IMG/VR virus record: IMGVR_UViG_3300020036_002522
From: a virus
Direction: 5' to 3' (one strand)
DNA length: 64,000 nt
Positions 20,701-29,400 of the stretch are shown one piece after another. Every line of letters begins with the position of its first letter. Position 1 is the stretch's first letter. Below the pieces are notes generated by a model that had not been told where the DNA came from, ran no database searches, and saw only the letters and a list, made by a program, of their open reading frames with translations. The position numbers were made by a program, and so were the translations under genes.

Positions 20701-23700
20701 TTGCGGCGGTGGTGGTCTTGTCTCCGGCAGCGGCCTGCTTCTGCGCGGCCTTAACGGCTGCCTCACGCGCACGGGGCAGTGTGGTGGCTAGTGCCTCTTC
20801 CGAATACTGAATGTACGACGTCAAGCGCTGTACGGTGCCCATGATATTGTTTGCGGCCTTCACGCGCAGCAGCGTTTCCACCAGCGTAGCGACACGCGGG
20901 CCCATGAGCCTGCGTACGTCAGGAATCGTATTTTGGATAAGGGATTGCACTTGCAGCGCGGAGGTTGCCTTGGCGGCAGCACCGCCCATTCCATCAGCCA
21001 GTATGCGTACGTTGTTGGCGTTGCCGGAAGTGGAACGGTTCAGTACATCGGCAACTGCGGCTGTCGCCTTTTCAACTTCTGCCTCCAGATTACTGTCACC
21101 GATAAACTGCATGAACTCCGGCGACAGCTCGCCCGTAGCCTGCAGCCGTTTCATCTCCGCGTCGAGTTCCCCTTTTGCCCGTTCGAGACGCTTTGTGGCA
21201 GCAACTATTTTCTGCCCGATGCCCTGCACCTCGCCCTGCGCCGCGTCGAATTTGGCGTCTTCCGTGGCCTTGACGTCGGCGGCGTATTTCTCCATTGCTG
21301 CGGCATGCGCTTCGCTGGATTCTGCGGCGCGTTTGACGGGAAGTACGTCGCCGATAACAGCCTTGATTGGCGTGAGCGCTTCTTCCAGCGCGGCTTTGAG
21401 CCCTGCCAGCTCTCCGTTGGCCACGTCGACAGCACTCTGAGCCTTGGCCAGCCCTGCCTCTGCGTCGCGCACAAGGCGGTTCGCTGCACTACCTTCCCCA
21501 AACACGTTGTCCCAAAGGTTCAGTGTCTGCTTGTCAGCAGGCGACAGCTCCTGCATGGCGGCGGTAACTTCCGTATCGCTTGGCAGCGCACGTGTCATAC
21601 CAACCCCGCGCTCAACCCCGCGCTCAACGCGGGTGATACCCCTATCCATAACACCGGAACCCGGGGGTGCAACGCGCTCGACCGTTGACTGTGCTCCGTC
21701 TTCATCTACCGCGCCTAAGAAGCTACTCTGCTCCTGTACGGTGTCGGGGTTGGCGTTAACAGCGATGACTTCCCGGCCCAGTTCGGAAGGCCGCGGGGCG
21801 GGGCGTTTGAACGGCTGGTTGCGCGCAACTACCTCGCCGGTAGCAGGGTCGATCTCGTTAGCGCGGGCGACACCATCCGCTGTCTCGGCCGCAGGCACTC
21901 CGGTCTCCTTGACCAGCTCACCTTTGGGGCGCACCATCCGGGCGTTGGCGATCTGTTCCGGTGTGGCTTCTCCGGCAATATCGGTACTGGTCCCGGTACC
22001 AACGGTAGTAAGCTGCTTTTGCTGACGGTCGTACGGCGTCATGTTCACACCCAAACCGGAACTGCGCAGGCGCTCGCGCTCGGCCAGCAATGCGGTGGGG
22101 CGCAGCAGGTTGTCCAATTCCCGTTTCAAGACCGCTTGCCGGTCGAATGCCGTTTGGTTGCGTGCAACAACCTTGCCTGTAGCGGGGTCCACGGCGTTAG
22201 CGCGTATCACCCCGTCGGCGGTTTCGGTCTTTGCAGCTTGCAGCGCAGCGCGCGCTTGCGCGATAGCCTCCGGGTCCGGGCGCCATGCGTTGAGTTTGGC
22301 GTCAACCGCAGCGATACGTGCATTGACTTCGGCACGATTGAGTGCGCGTTCCTCGCCCTGTCCGTACCCTTGGTACGCGATCTTGTTGATGTTTTCCGCG
22401 AGGCGCATCAGTGCGTTCTGGGCGCCGATATTAGTTACCCCTACCATGTCTGGGTGCGTCGCGACTTTGCCTGCGTTTTTAAGCGCTGTATCGTAATCTT
22501 GCTGCGTGATGCCTTCAAATGCGGGGTTGGCCAGCGCCTTGGCGTAATTCTCCAACGCCCGCTGCGTTTCCGGTGGCATGTTGGGCCGATTCTGCAACTG
22601 CTCTATCTGTGCCAGCAACTGCGAAGCCTTACCGACACGCGGGTCTGCGCCGCCCGGCTCGATGTCACCGAACATTTGCTCCTGCTTCAGTGCCAACGTG
22701 TTGTTGGTTGTGCTGTCGGGCGTACGTTCAGCCGCTGTCGGGTTACGGTACAGGTCACGAGACTTGGCATCTTCCTCGGCTGCTGCGACGTCTGTCCCAA
22801 AAACCTGCCGCAGCAAATCGTTGGTTTGGTTGGGCGCGGCAGGCGGCGCTGCTGGAGGTACGGTGGTGTCCGTAGCAGCGGCTGCGGGCGGTGCGAAGGG
22901 GTTGGGCCCTGCCGTTTGGTTACCCGGGACAGCACCTTCGGCGGATGGAAACGCCTGCCGTGTAGCCTGCACCTGCGTGTGCAACCGGCCTATTTCGGGC
23001 AGTAGTTCCGCTGCCTTGGCCCCCCGCCCGCCATCAATGTGCGCGGCGTACTGTTTCTGCATTTTTGCTAACAGCGCTTCGGGGTCAGAAACAGTGGGCG
23101 GGGCCGCATCCTGCAGCTTCGTAATAGTGGGTGCGAGCCCTTTTAGCTGCTCCGCCAACGCATCCATCGTCTCCTGTGCTTTGGCAGCCCCCTCTATGTT
23201 GCCTTCTGCAGCAGCGGTCTTAGCAGCTTTTTTAGCTTCCACTAGCTGTATCTGCAGCGTATCGCGCTGTCCTGTCAATGCGGCCAGCCCTTGTGCCTCC
23301 AGCGCTTCTTTTTCTTCCTTGGCTTTTAGCGCATCCGCAGCGGCGGTTTCCGCAGCACGCTTCTTCAGCAACGGGGCGACCTCTTCGTACTGCTCCTGCA
23401 GTGGGCGCAAGGACGTCTCGAATGCGTTGTACTCCTTCCATGCCTGCGCGTGTTCGATCTTCTCCGCGAGCGTGGCATCTTTCTTCCGTTTGCCCGGATT
23501 CATCGCCTCAAGCTGCGCGTTGGCTTCTGCCATTTGCTTCGCGATACCTTCGGCATACGCCGGGTCAGCGAGCTTCGTCAGTTTCGACTGCGTTTCTGCC
23601 TCAAGCGCAACCTTCTGCTCCTCGGCAACACGCTTGCGCCCCAACGCCTCGCCTTGGGAAATCTCACGCCCACGGTCGGAGTAATGACCAACGGGACTCA

Positions 23701-24559
23701 TCGCCCCGCCCAAGACCGCACCACCAATAAAGTTGTCCACGTACTCAGCGCGGGCCTTTTCGTCCGTGATACTGAGCCCTGCCTGCGCGCGCTCGAACAC
23801 CTGCTGCGCGGCTTCCGTAATCCCTTCAGTCCCCATTGCGCGGCCCGTGGCCTTCAGGTAATCCGCAGCAATAGCTTTCAAGGACTGTTGGGCCATTGCC
23901 TTGGCCGTCTCTTCCGTAACCTCTTTACCGACGGAGCCGAGTAGCCGCCCTATACCGGGTAATAGTTTCATGGACAGCGTATCCAACGCTGCCTGCGGGA
24001 TGGCCGACAAAGCGGCTTTGCCAAGTCCCAAGTCTTCGTACTTGGTGCCTTCCTCCATCTGCCGTCCAAGATTGGAGCCGGTGAACTGGCCTACGCCAAT
24101 ACCGAAGCCCCCGGCAAGACCGGCAATACCTGCCGCACCCGCAAGCGCTGGAGCAGCGGCAGCGGCCCCTGTAGCAACCGCACCGGCTGCCAGAGGACCG
24201 ATCATGTACGCCGCACTGCCCCCGGCAGTCTCTTTGAACTTGTTCCAGAAATCGTCCGTCCAGCCACCCTTGGTAGGCGTGAAACCTGCTTCTGATTCGG
24301 CCTTCTTCTTGGCGTAAATGCTCTTGGCCTCCTCGTCATCGAGCAAACCCATCTTTCCGCGGGTCAGCGCGAACTGGCCTTGCAGGTCTTTGAGCCCGGC
24401 ACCGAACGCAGCGCCGAACCCGGACGTGTCGCCGGTGGGAGCGGGCGGTCCTAAGTCGGGTCTGCGCGCCAGTATCTGCTTTTTTGCTTCTTCGGGAGAC
24501 AGCTCATCGGGGATGTTATCTACCGAAGTGCCGTCTGGGAGCTGTATCGAGTAAGGCAC
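14714..24559 (-). CDS. giant virion-associated protein (3281 aa) with zincin HExxH motif; polyvalent ejected-protein candidate
   Basis: Uninterrupted 9.8-kb ORF with GTG start 5 nt after AGGGGA. N-terminal Gly/Ala-rich hydrophobic segment, more than 1500 aa of Ala/Glu/Lys/Gln-rich coiled coil, LTIVHEVAGHYGLRDMMGDAY, and a roughly 1000-aa C-terminal globular region. Last gene of the late block. Confidence 0.9.
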   Translation of the reverse strand: MPYSIQLPDGTSVDNIPDELSPEEAKKQILARRPDLGPPAPTGDTSGFGAAFGAGLKDLQGQFALTRGKMGLLDDEEAKSIYAKKKAESEAGFTPTKGGWTDDFWNKFKETAGGSAAYMIGPLAAGAVATGAAAAAPALAGAAGIAGLAGGFGIGVGQFTGSNLGRQMEEGTKYEDLGLGKAALSAIPQAALDTLSMKLLPGIGRLLGSVGKEVTEETAKAMAQQSLKAIAADYLKATGRAMGTEGITEAAQQVFERAQAGLSITDEKARAEYVDNFIGGAVLGGAMSPVGHYSDRGREISQGEALGRKRVAEEQKVALEAETQSKLTKLADPAYAEGIAKQMAEANAQLEAMNPGKRKKDATLAEKIEHAQAWKEYNAFETSLRPLQEQYEEVAPLLKKRAAETAAADALKAKEEKEALEAQGLAALTGQRDTLQIQLVEAKKAAKTAAAEGNIEGAAKAQETMDALAEQLKGLAPTITKLQDAAPPTVSDPEALLAKMQKQYAAHIDGGRGAKAAELLPEIGRLHTQVQATRQAFPSAEGAVPGNQTAGPNPFAPPAAAATDTTVPPAAPPAAPNQTNDLLRQVFGTDVAAAEEDAKSRDLYRNPTAAERTPDSTTNNTLALKQEQMFGDIEPGGADPRVGKASQLLAQIEQLQNRPNMPPETQRALENYAKALANPAFEGITQQDYDTALKNAGKVATHPDMVGVTNIGAQNALMRLAENINKIAYQGYGQGEERALNRAEVNARIAAVDAKLNAWRPDPEAIAQARAALQAAKTETADGVIRANAVDPATGKVVARNQTAFDRQAVLKRELDNLLRPTALLAERERLRSSGLGVNMTPYDRQQKQLTTVGTGTSTDIAGEATPEQIANARMVRPKGELVKETGVPAAETADGVARANEIDPATGEVVARNQPFKRPAPRPSELGREVIAVNANPDTVQEQSSFLGAVDEDGAQSTVERVAPPGSGVMDRGITRVERGVERGVGMTRALPSDTEVTAAMQELSPADKQTLNLWDNVFGEGSAANRLVRDAEAGLAKAQSAVDVANGELAGLKAALEEALTPIKAVIGDVLPVKRAAESSEAHAAAMEKYAADVKATEDAKFDAAQGEVQGIGQKIVAATKRLERAKGELDAEMKRLQATGELSPEFMQFIGDSNLEAEVEKATAAVADVLNRSTSGNANNVRILADGMGGAAAKATSALQVQSLIQNTIPDVRRLMGPRVATLVETLLRVKAANNIMGTVQRLTSYIQYSEEALATTLPRAREAAVKAAQKQAAAGDKTTTAATIKADIARAEATAKQEAYQALLKKIDDFTATDPKAKAASKAVAGKTSEIEQLQKTSLDRVTKARTDVARAKETRKLVMENEQALRSGKPSPLQASIAANVKNTEAIYNSTEAALRGAWDTRADARAELTEDVMSFENLLADLARTEAALADLWAGHASSTVDMESEAATLIDAAALLAPTVYDTQMIDANRALDKAELVGGARAAAAEEATLMSELDNALKPLRERLKENADLQKNPQSASHRSALLEHQNRIIKQMNATADLYRERLQAARAEKAQMGEESQTAPDPDSKGWALEQLTNLKVRREAVQAQLDSIAAGIDSIRAERAELVAAERQKQTDVMKTARELGAATDDVRNADTRAKLSEMLNDQRVLEERADKEIAAAEGIVNAAIARVKEEGYTDLDAMQEYRTARKVYDEAVAARARVYDHSLQMMRDQIELVKSLPAMERTAPTPQNAFFNSPAPVAEANPAAVATTAQALKEGVVSGPEQTETAAERAAFEERVNTTDDPAALRKELGGYEGDVANIEAEIEGLAAKTDMQHPMIKLLRKNLAEAEALLEKMYKPSFFDRSLPKADLEKAITNVQARVQLERTRLENGIKGLREKSSTLKQRNHMSPEAAAQLRADIQRRMADGQRKLDAAEKARDAVNGLIPTRITKAIANAQEEIAAAKEDWKRLDMVRGKDTNIRMGLLEKKAALEEKITTITERLSRVERGQSVATIAATQGPAVRRGVATKTALNAGDMISGDVTAVAGKRQADGSVGEATTVTKESKVGTRNKVTEKLIHPKVTAEQAVAQANDDMRESNALRSEMVWAKLARDLEAAIKERAEAKLSNDAVQKSKAGAPAKAAAAQRLKDAIAAVKAADAALKKDTSLPAASTAVQRLEKDSREDIAGPPVVYRTSTTTGTGMKAAEVTRLANRITEGWTNTPNTVVVDTEAQLPQRLQDQAARDGMTGKVPGLFDPDSKTVYLVAANLHNGRDVALTIVHEVAGHYGLRDMMGDAYTDTMNRLYEGNASVAQAADKLMAADPRLSKEIAVEETLADMSETTPGKEGVSAALSRVFYAVKQWLWKKLGLKGVTDGEVRQIVANARRHVKRGEARGDSAGGEAVYRTAAPDYGRLAGTPITKVGNVVPPDSRTTMQRVLDSISEAWNTGVVDMHAPVKNAMELAKGAGVDGKLVEQALHSLVRTGYSSSLVSQFMTNGGPETVRDSKGLISQRAGGAPSAMEVLAAAEGIPGGNSAAKFELATSYRLAKRGLRVGANKISFNTTPAQLTAVLQQVNADPELKAALNNFNNLYDKYNEALVTWAMESGAITPDLASEMLRHKDYVPMYRNNGGILQIAFGDSQWHRLGDIANTPFMHKLKGGDEAIMPINESIMYNTKLLTDMALVNMAKRNIAYVLQAAGKGKAANGKNKMSVIAGIPPAGRQYLKWKQTPLGSSDRGDRFLEIDTENTALAGIPTDMLAQSIEGHHATMPAYLKWSSYLNDLLRAGVTRVPAYTLRQLIKDPSSIASTSGLEANPLTAVARAFKEYGKGMANRNADIDDMNRRALVQSNILTGDFDDFIKLTHMLADGANPSKTRQFLNLLDKSAHMADAATRVQVYNDSIKRGLSEVEAERRVMESMNFHKRGAWATIQHANRLLPFFNAGIQAINVSIKALQGKMPFEEELKVRQTYLNNMMMLAIGGVAYATMMGDNDEYAKLKPSDKFGFLHIPLPGTDTLLKLPYTYAEGGGMAIAMGQALVEGFKDNAEANQLLKALFMYGVRALPNQGNLPIPQGLKQAIGVSLNSNMDTWKPIPIVSRSLSSLTPEKQFDANTPEAFKLLGEATGTSPKKLAWFVDQVMGGIVSVVMGTLDAVNPMMGGVAQAEKRLDQVPFIKSLFQNPTTSAASEMAFARASEATVAHQTLGNMRNRGASAEEIKDFIDSHIKDLRAQPLAGKFVQKLGAINTAMERLRNADMPATEKTQRIRELEKVRNEIAETVEQAFKELDAIDV

Positions 24560-24568
24560 TGGCGTCCC

Positions 24569-26422
24569 CTATATTGGTTTTAGCGTATTGAAGTCTAACC
24601 GAGTTCCCGGGGCTGCGGCCCCCGCGTCCTTAAAGGATATGTCGCCATACCCGGCGTCCTTGTACAGCGTAGGCAGCAGGCTGTCCTCGGCTTTGAGTTT
24701 CTTCAGCACCTGTGCAAAGTAGGTGCTCGCGTCAGGAACTACCAGTTTCGGGTTTATCAGTGCCTGCTCTTTAAGCTGCTTCAACTGCTGCTCTGCAAGC
24801 GTAAGTGCGTTGTTGTGTAGCTGTTCAAGGTGCCCTTTCAGCCGGTTCGCTGCGGCCAATTCTTGTCGCTGCAATCCACTTTCTGTCCGGCCTTCGCGTC
24901 TATCCGCCAAGGTGTCTTCGGCAAGCCGGTTAGAAATGCGGTGCTGTTCCGCAGTAGCCTCCCTTTGCGCGGCAGCGGAGTCCAACTGCGCCCCGGCATT
25001 GAGCCCTGTTAGCACACGGCCATCCGCTTTTTCCTGCGATGCCTCGCCGGCAGCAGCACGTTTCATCCCCACTTCGACACCGAGCTTGCTGATGTCCACA
25101 TCGGCATCGAGCAGGCGCTTCGCCCACGCGGCGTCGGACTCTTTGCGTTTCTGCTGTGCTGCTTCGTAACTTAGGGTAGACCCTAACAACGCCTGCGCCC
25201 AATCACCTTTGGTGGCCACTGCGGTACCCGCAGCAAGCGCGTTGATGATGTCACGGATAGGACTACGACCGGCAACTTCCTTCTCGTGATCCGCTTTTAG
25301 GGCTTCCAGTCCGGAGCGCTGCCGCGCCTGCAGCTCGCGGGCTTCCTTGCCGTACATGCTATCGGTGTACAGATCGGACGCATCCCGCGCTTTCGTGTTG
25401 AAGGTACCGTCGCCAATCATCCCCTTAACCCGTTCCCTCAACATATCGGAGAAGGAGTCGCCCGCTTTTGCGGCCGCTGCCGTAGCGAGTCCGCCGGGTA
25501 GCGTACCCGGCGGGGCAGAGGGCGCGCCCGACTGCACCACATCCTTCGGTGCTTGTACTCTTGCTATCGCTTCGTTAACCACATCAACGCCTAGTTGATC
25601 GCGCATTTGTGCGAGGATGCCATCGCGGGCTTCGGGGTTTTGCAGCGCAAGGGCGACCAGTCGGTCTATGGAGGTTCCTGCCAAATTAAACCCCTTACCT
25701 CCGCCAATATCTGTTCCCCAAGAAGCTGCCCCGGGGCCTGCTGTCGGTGGTGTGTACTCCTTCTCTTTCGGGCTGTTGATCCCGTACCCCGGTGCGCTGA
25801 CCATCTTTTTGAAAGACTCCACAGGCGACGCGAGCGCTTGCGCTATAGGAGACAGTACCGCTTTGGGAACGACTCCTAAAAACTCCGCTACCTTGTCCAT
25901 GTCCTGCAGATATTTACTGTCCTTTGCTTTTTCCGCTTCACGAATAGCATCTTGATACGATGTGCCTGCAACAAGCCCGGGGATACTATAGTCATCTACG
26001 TAGCTGTTGTCCTCCCCGTTGAACGACACAATCCCCCCGCCGGCATACTTCGTCGGCAGATTCGTCTGCAGTTTCGTCAGCCCGCCTTCGGCGGCGCCTT
26101 GGACTTGCGCGGCAGCCTGCAACCCGCCCGGTGCCTGCGCTTGCTGTTGCTGGCTTTGGGCAGGGTGGTTCTGGGCGAACTGCTGCACAAGCTGCTGCTG
26201 CATGACCTGCTCGGCTTTCTGGCCTGCAGTCTGCGCCACGGTCGGAGGTGTCTGCCCCTGTGCCAATGCCTGTTGTTGCTGCCAGTGCTCCGCCGCTTTG
26301 TCGACAGCCATCTTGGACAACAGCGTCAGCAAGTCCGGCGTAACCCCCGTCTTGGGGTCAGGCGGCGCCACGGGTTTGCGCGCCATGAGGGATTGCGTTG
26401 GGGTAGGGGCGCTATTCATCAT
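24569..26422 (-). CDS. virion (internal/ejection?) protein, 617 aa
   Basis: ORF track; GAGGA before ATGATG. Gln/Ala-rich, placed between two other large virion genes. Confidence 0.65.
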   Translation of the reverse strand: MMNSAPTPTQSLMARKPVAPPDPKTGVTPDLLTLLSKMAVDKAAEHWQQQQALAQGQTPPTVAQTAGQKAEQVMQQQLVQQFAQNHPAQSQQQQAQAPGGLQAAAQVQGAAEGGLTKLQTNLPTKYAGGGIVSFNGEDNSYVDDYSIPGLVAGTSYQDAIREAEKAKDSKYLQDMDKVAEFLGVVPKAVLSPIAQALASPVESFKKMVSAPGYGINSPKEKEYTPPTAGPGAASWGTDIGGGKGFNLAGTSIDRLVALALQNPEARDGILAQMRDQLGVDVVNEAIARVQAPKDVVQSGAPSAPPGTLPGGLATAAAAKAGDSFSDMLRERVKGMIGDGTFNTKARDASDLYTDSMYGKEARELQARQRSGLEALKADHEKEVAGRSPIRDIINALAAGTAVATKGDWAQALLGSTLSYEAAQQKRKESDAAWAKRLLDADVDISKLGVEVGMKRAAAGEASQEKADGRVLTGLNAGAQLDSAAAQREATAEQHRISNRLAEDTLADRREGRTESGLQRQELAAANRLKGHLEQLHNNALTLAEQQLKQLKEQALINPKLVVPDASTYFAQVLKKLKAEDSLLPTLYKDAGYGDISFKDAGAAAPGTRLDFNTLKPI

Positions 26423-26434
26423 TTTCAGTTCCTC

Positions 26435-29400
26435 TTATGGCTGTACGGCATAGTTCAGAGCGGGCAGTGCGGTGAGCCCGTAGGTGGCCGCGGCCTTCGG
26501 TGCGTCGCGTGCGGCCAACCAATTAGCGTAGTCGGCGTTGAGGCCGGCTTGCGTAGTTGTCTGCTGCACATTGCCCGCATTGAGTGTTGCGTTGATGGCC
26601 GCCAACCCGTAATTCTGGTTGGCGATGGCTGCGCTGGTGCCGTTGTTCGCGCTCGACACACTGGCCTGCGTCTGGTTGCCAGCATTGGCGATGCTTGCCG
26701 CGTTGGCGGCGCCTGCCGTGAACTGGCTTGCCTGATTGGTAGCACCGGTGTTCGCCAGATTGACTTGCGTGCCCAACTGCGCGTTGTTGTTGTTGGTCGC
26801 GTTCTGGTAGCCCGCATTTGCAATGGCCGCGTTGTTTTGGAATCCAGCATTCGCCAACGTGTTCTGGTTGACGGAACCTGCATTGAACTGCGTTGCGTTG
26901 TTGATCGCGCCCGCATTGCTGATGTTGGCCTGCTGTTGGAACCCGGCGTTGGTGGCATTGACCGTATTGTTGGCGTTGGCCACGAACTGGCCTGCTTGGT
27001 TCTGGAACCCGGCGTTGGCGATACCGACCTGATTGGCCGCGTTGGCATTGGCGAGCCCTGCCGTATTGTTGGCATTGGCCCCGAACTGGCTGGCGGCAGA
27101 CTGCAGCCCGGCGTTGGCGATACCTGCTTGGTTGCTGGCGTTGGCCCCGAACTTCGCCGCTTCGTTTTGCGCTGCCTGATTGGCCAAGCTGAACTGGTTT
27201 TGCTGCCCCGAGTTGAACATGCTAACCTGATTGGACTGCTGTGCGTTCTGCAGATTTGCCGTATTGGCGGCGTTGGCCGTGAACTGACCGGCCTGATTCT
27301 GGAACCCGGCGTTAGTCAGATTGGTTTGGCTGGCCAGCTGTGCGTTCTGCATGTTGCCCGCGTTGTCCATCTGCCCCTGCGCCAGCCCGTATTGCCCTTG
27401 CAGGTTCTGGTTTGCCAAGGACTGCTGCAGTCCGACTTGCGTACCGAGCCCCTGCGTTTGCAGATTTGCTCCAAGGTTGGCAGTTCCTGTTTGAATCCCT
27501 GCCTGCTGATTGGCTACCTGTGCACCGACCCCCCGCGCCTGATCGGCGTTGTACTGTGCCTGTGCGTTGGTGTAAGCCGACTGTAAGCCTGCGGCCTGAA
27601 TGTCACCCTTCTGTGCGGCCAGATTCTTCGCGGCTTCTGCATCCATGACAGCCGTGCGGGAACCGCCGAACGCGCCTTGTTTCATCTGATTGCTCTGGCG
27701 CTGTGTCGTGGCCACGTCGGCTTGGCGCTGCGCATCGCGCTGCTGATTCTCCACAACCTGCTGCATGTAAGGCGTCATGTACGCCGTGGAGTTCCCATTG
27801 TCGATGAAGCGATCGGTGTTGACCTTCTCTGGCCCCGCCATCTGGTACGAATTAAGGTTCGCTTGATAGTTGCTGGTGGGTGCGGCGCCCAGCGTCGTCT
27901 TTTCCACTGTCGGTGCAGCACCGGCCAGCGTAGCGTTATAGCCCTGCGAAGTAGCGTCGCGTGCAGTAGCGCGTTCTGCTGCGCCCAACAGGTTGGCGGT
28001 GTAGCCCTGCGATCCGGCCAGCGAAGACTGGTACCCCTGCGTCGGCGCTACGTTGGTGGCGCTGGCTGTGTTGACGTTGTACCCCTGCGCAGCAGCCTGC
28101 TGTGCGGGCGTGGCTTGCGTGGCAATGTACTGGGCGGCGGGCCCGGCGTTGATGGCCTGCGCTTGTGCAGCGTCGGCTTGCTGTGCGGTGCTCTGTGCCG
28201 CGGTGTATCCTTGGGAAGTGGCCGTACCCGCTGCCGCGCCACCCCCGCCAACGGTACCGGAAGCACCCAGATTACCGTACGCGTCGAATGCCTTTTGCTG
28301 TAACGCAGATGTACCCGCTGTGAGCTGCCCACCGTATGGCTGCCAGAGTGCCGGATTGTTGGCCACGGCCGTGATATTGGATGCGGCACCGGTAGCGAGG
28401 TCTCCACCGGTGGCGAAGTGTTGCACCGCCCCGCCCTTGGCGTAGTTGGCGGCTTTCGCAAGTCCACCAGCTTTCGCAGTGAACGTCTCGGGATTGATCT
28501 GCTTACCCTGCTTTTTGGTACCGGTGCGCGCGGTGCGAATGTCGTCCATCATCTTGTACAAGTGCTGCGCGCCTGCGTCAGAGTTGCCATTACCAAGGTG
28601 GGACACCACGTCGGCCGGCACGACGAACTCGCCGTGCGCCATTGCCGCAGGCTGCTTGCCATCGATCACCGCCGGGATTTGGTCGGCCATGCCATCAGTT
28701 GCACCTTGCAGGTAACGAGCAGGTAGGGGTTGCTGTGGTGCCATGGGGGCTCCTTGCTGTGGTGCCATACCGCCGGCGGCAGCATTCCACGTGTTCATAT
28801 AGTCTTCGTCAGTCAACGGGTTGCGATACACCGGCACCGTGTAGGGGGCGGTCAGCGACTGTGCGGCCAGATTGGACTTGTAGGTGTCCGTGTTTTTGGC
28901 GTTGAGCGCACCTAGTCCAGCCACACGCTTCGCGTCTTTCGCTTGGGCGGCGGATAAAGCAGCGGTGTCTCCGCTGTTGACGAAGGAGTGGGGTGTGAAC
29001 CAACTGACCCCGCCCGATCCCGGGACGTGTCCGGCAGGCGTAGCAATTGGCGTATGCCCGACCATAGTGCGGTCAGGAACCTGTACGTTGTACGTGCCAT
29101 TTTTGACCTCCGGGCCTTCGGACAGTTTCTTGATGACAGCAGCAACGGTCAACCCGTCTTTCAAGATGTCTGCGATCTTGAATGAGCCGTCGGCGTTGAC
29201 GTACTGTTTCGTCAACGCTGCTTTTGTGGAGTCCCACAGACTGGGGGAGCCGACCGCTTCCTTGCCCAAATCCATGCCCCATCCTGCGGAGCCGGGGCCA
29301 GCGGTGGGGGCGGACCAAGCGCCTGCGCCTGCCGCAGTCGCTTCCGTGCCTATCCCACTCAGTGCCGCCGCGTCGGCGGTGTTCATGGCTGCCCACGCGT

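Noticed and set aside
14918-24554. Dozens of + strand ORFs of 60-370 aa (e.g. 17723-18577, 19691-20791, 22578-23684) opposite the giant gene
   Set aside because: All lie antisense to one uninterrupted 9.8-kb ORF in GC-rich DNA. Their products are Arg/Ser/Cys/Ala-rich with no RBS context, so they are typical shadow ORFs.
14714-24559. Calling the giant ORF an N4-type virion RNA polymerase
   Set aside because: Position and size fit, but I could not find T7-like RNAP motifs or a DxDxD motif by eye, and no N4-type RNAPII genes are visible in the window. It is retained only as a testable alternative.
25952-27586. 544-aa + strand ORF
   Set aside because: It is antisense to the 617-aa and 1210-aa late genes. 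It spans their intergenic junction and has an Arg/Leu/Gly/Cys-rich composition.
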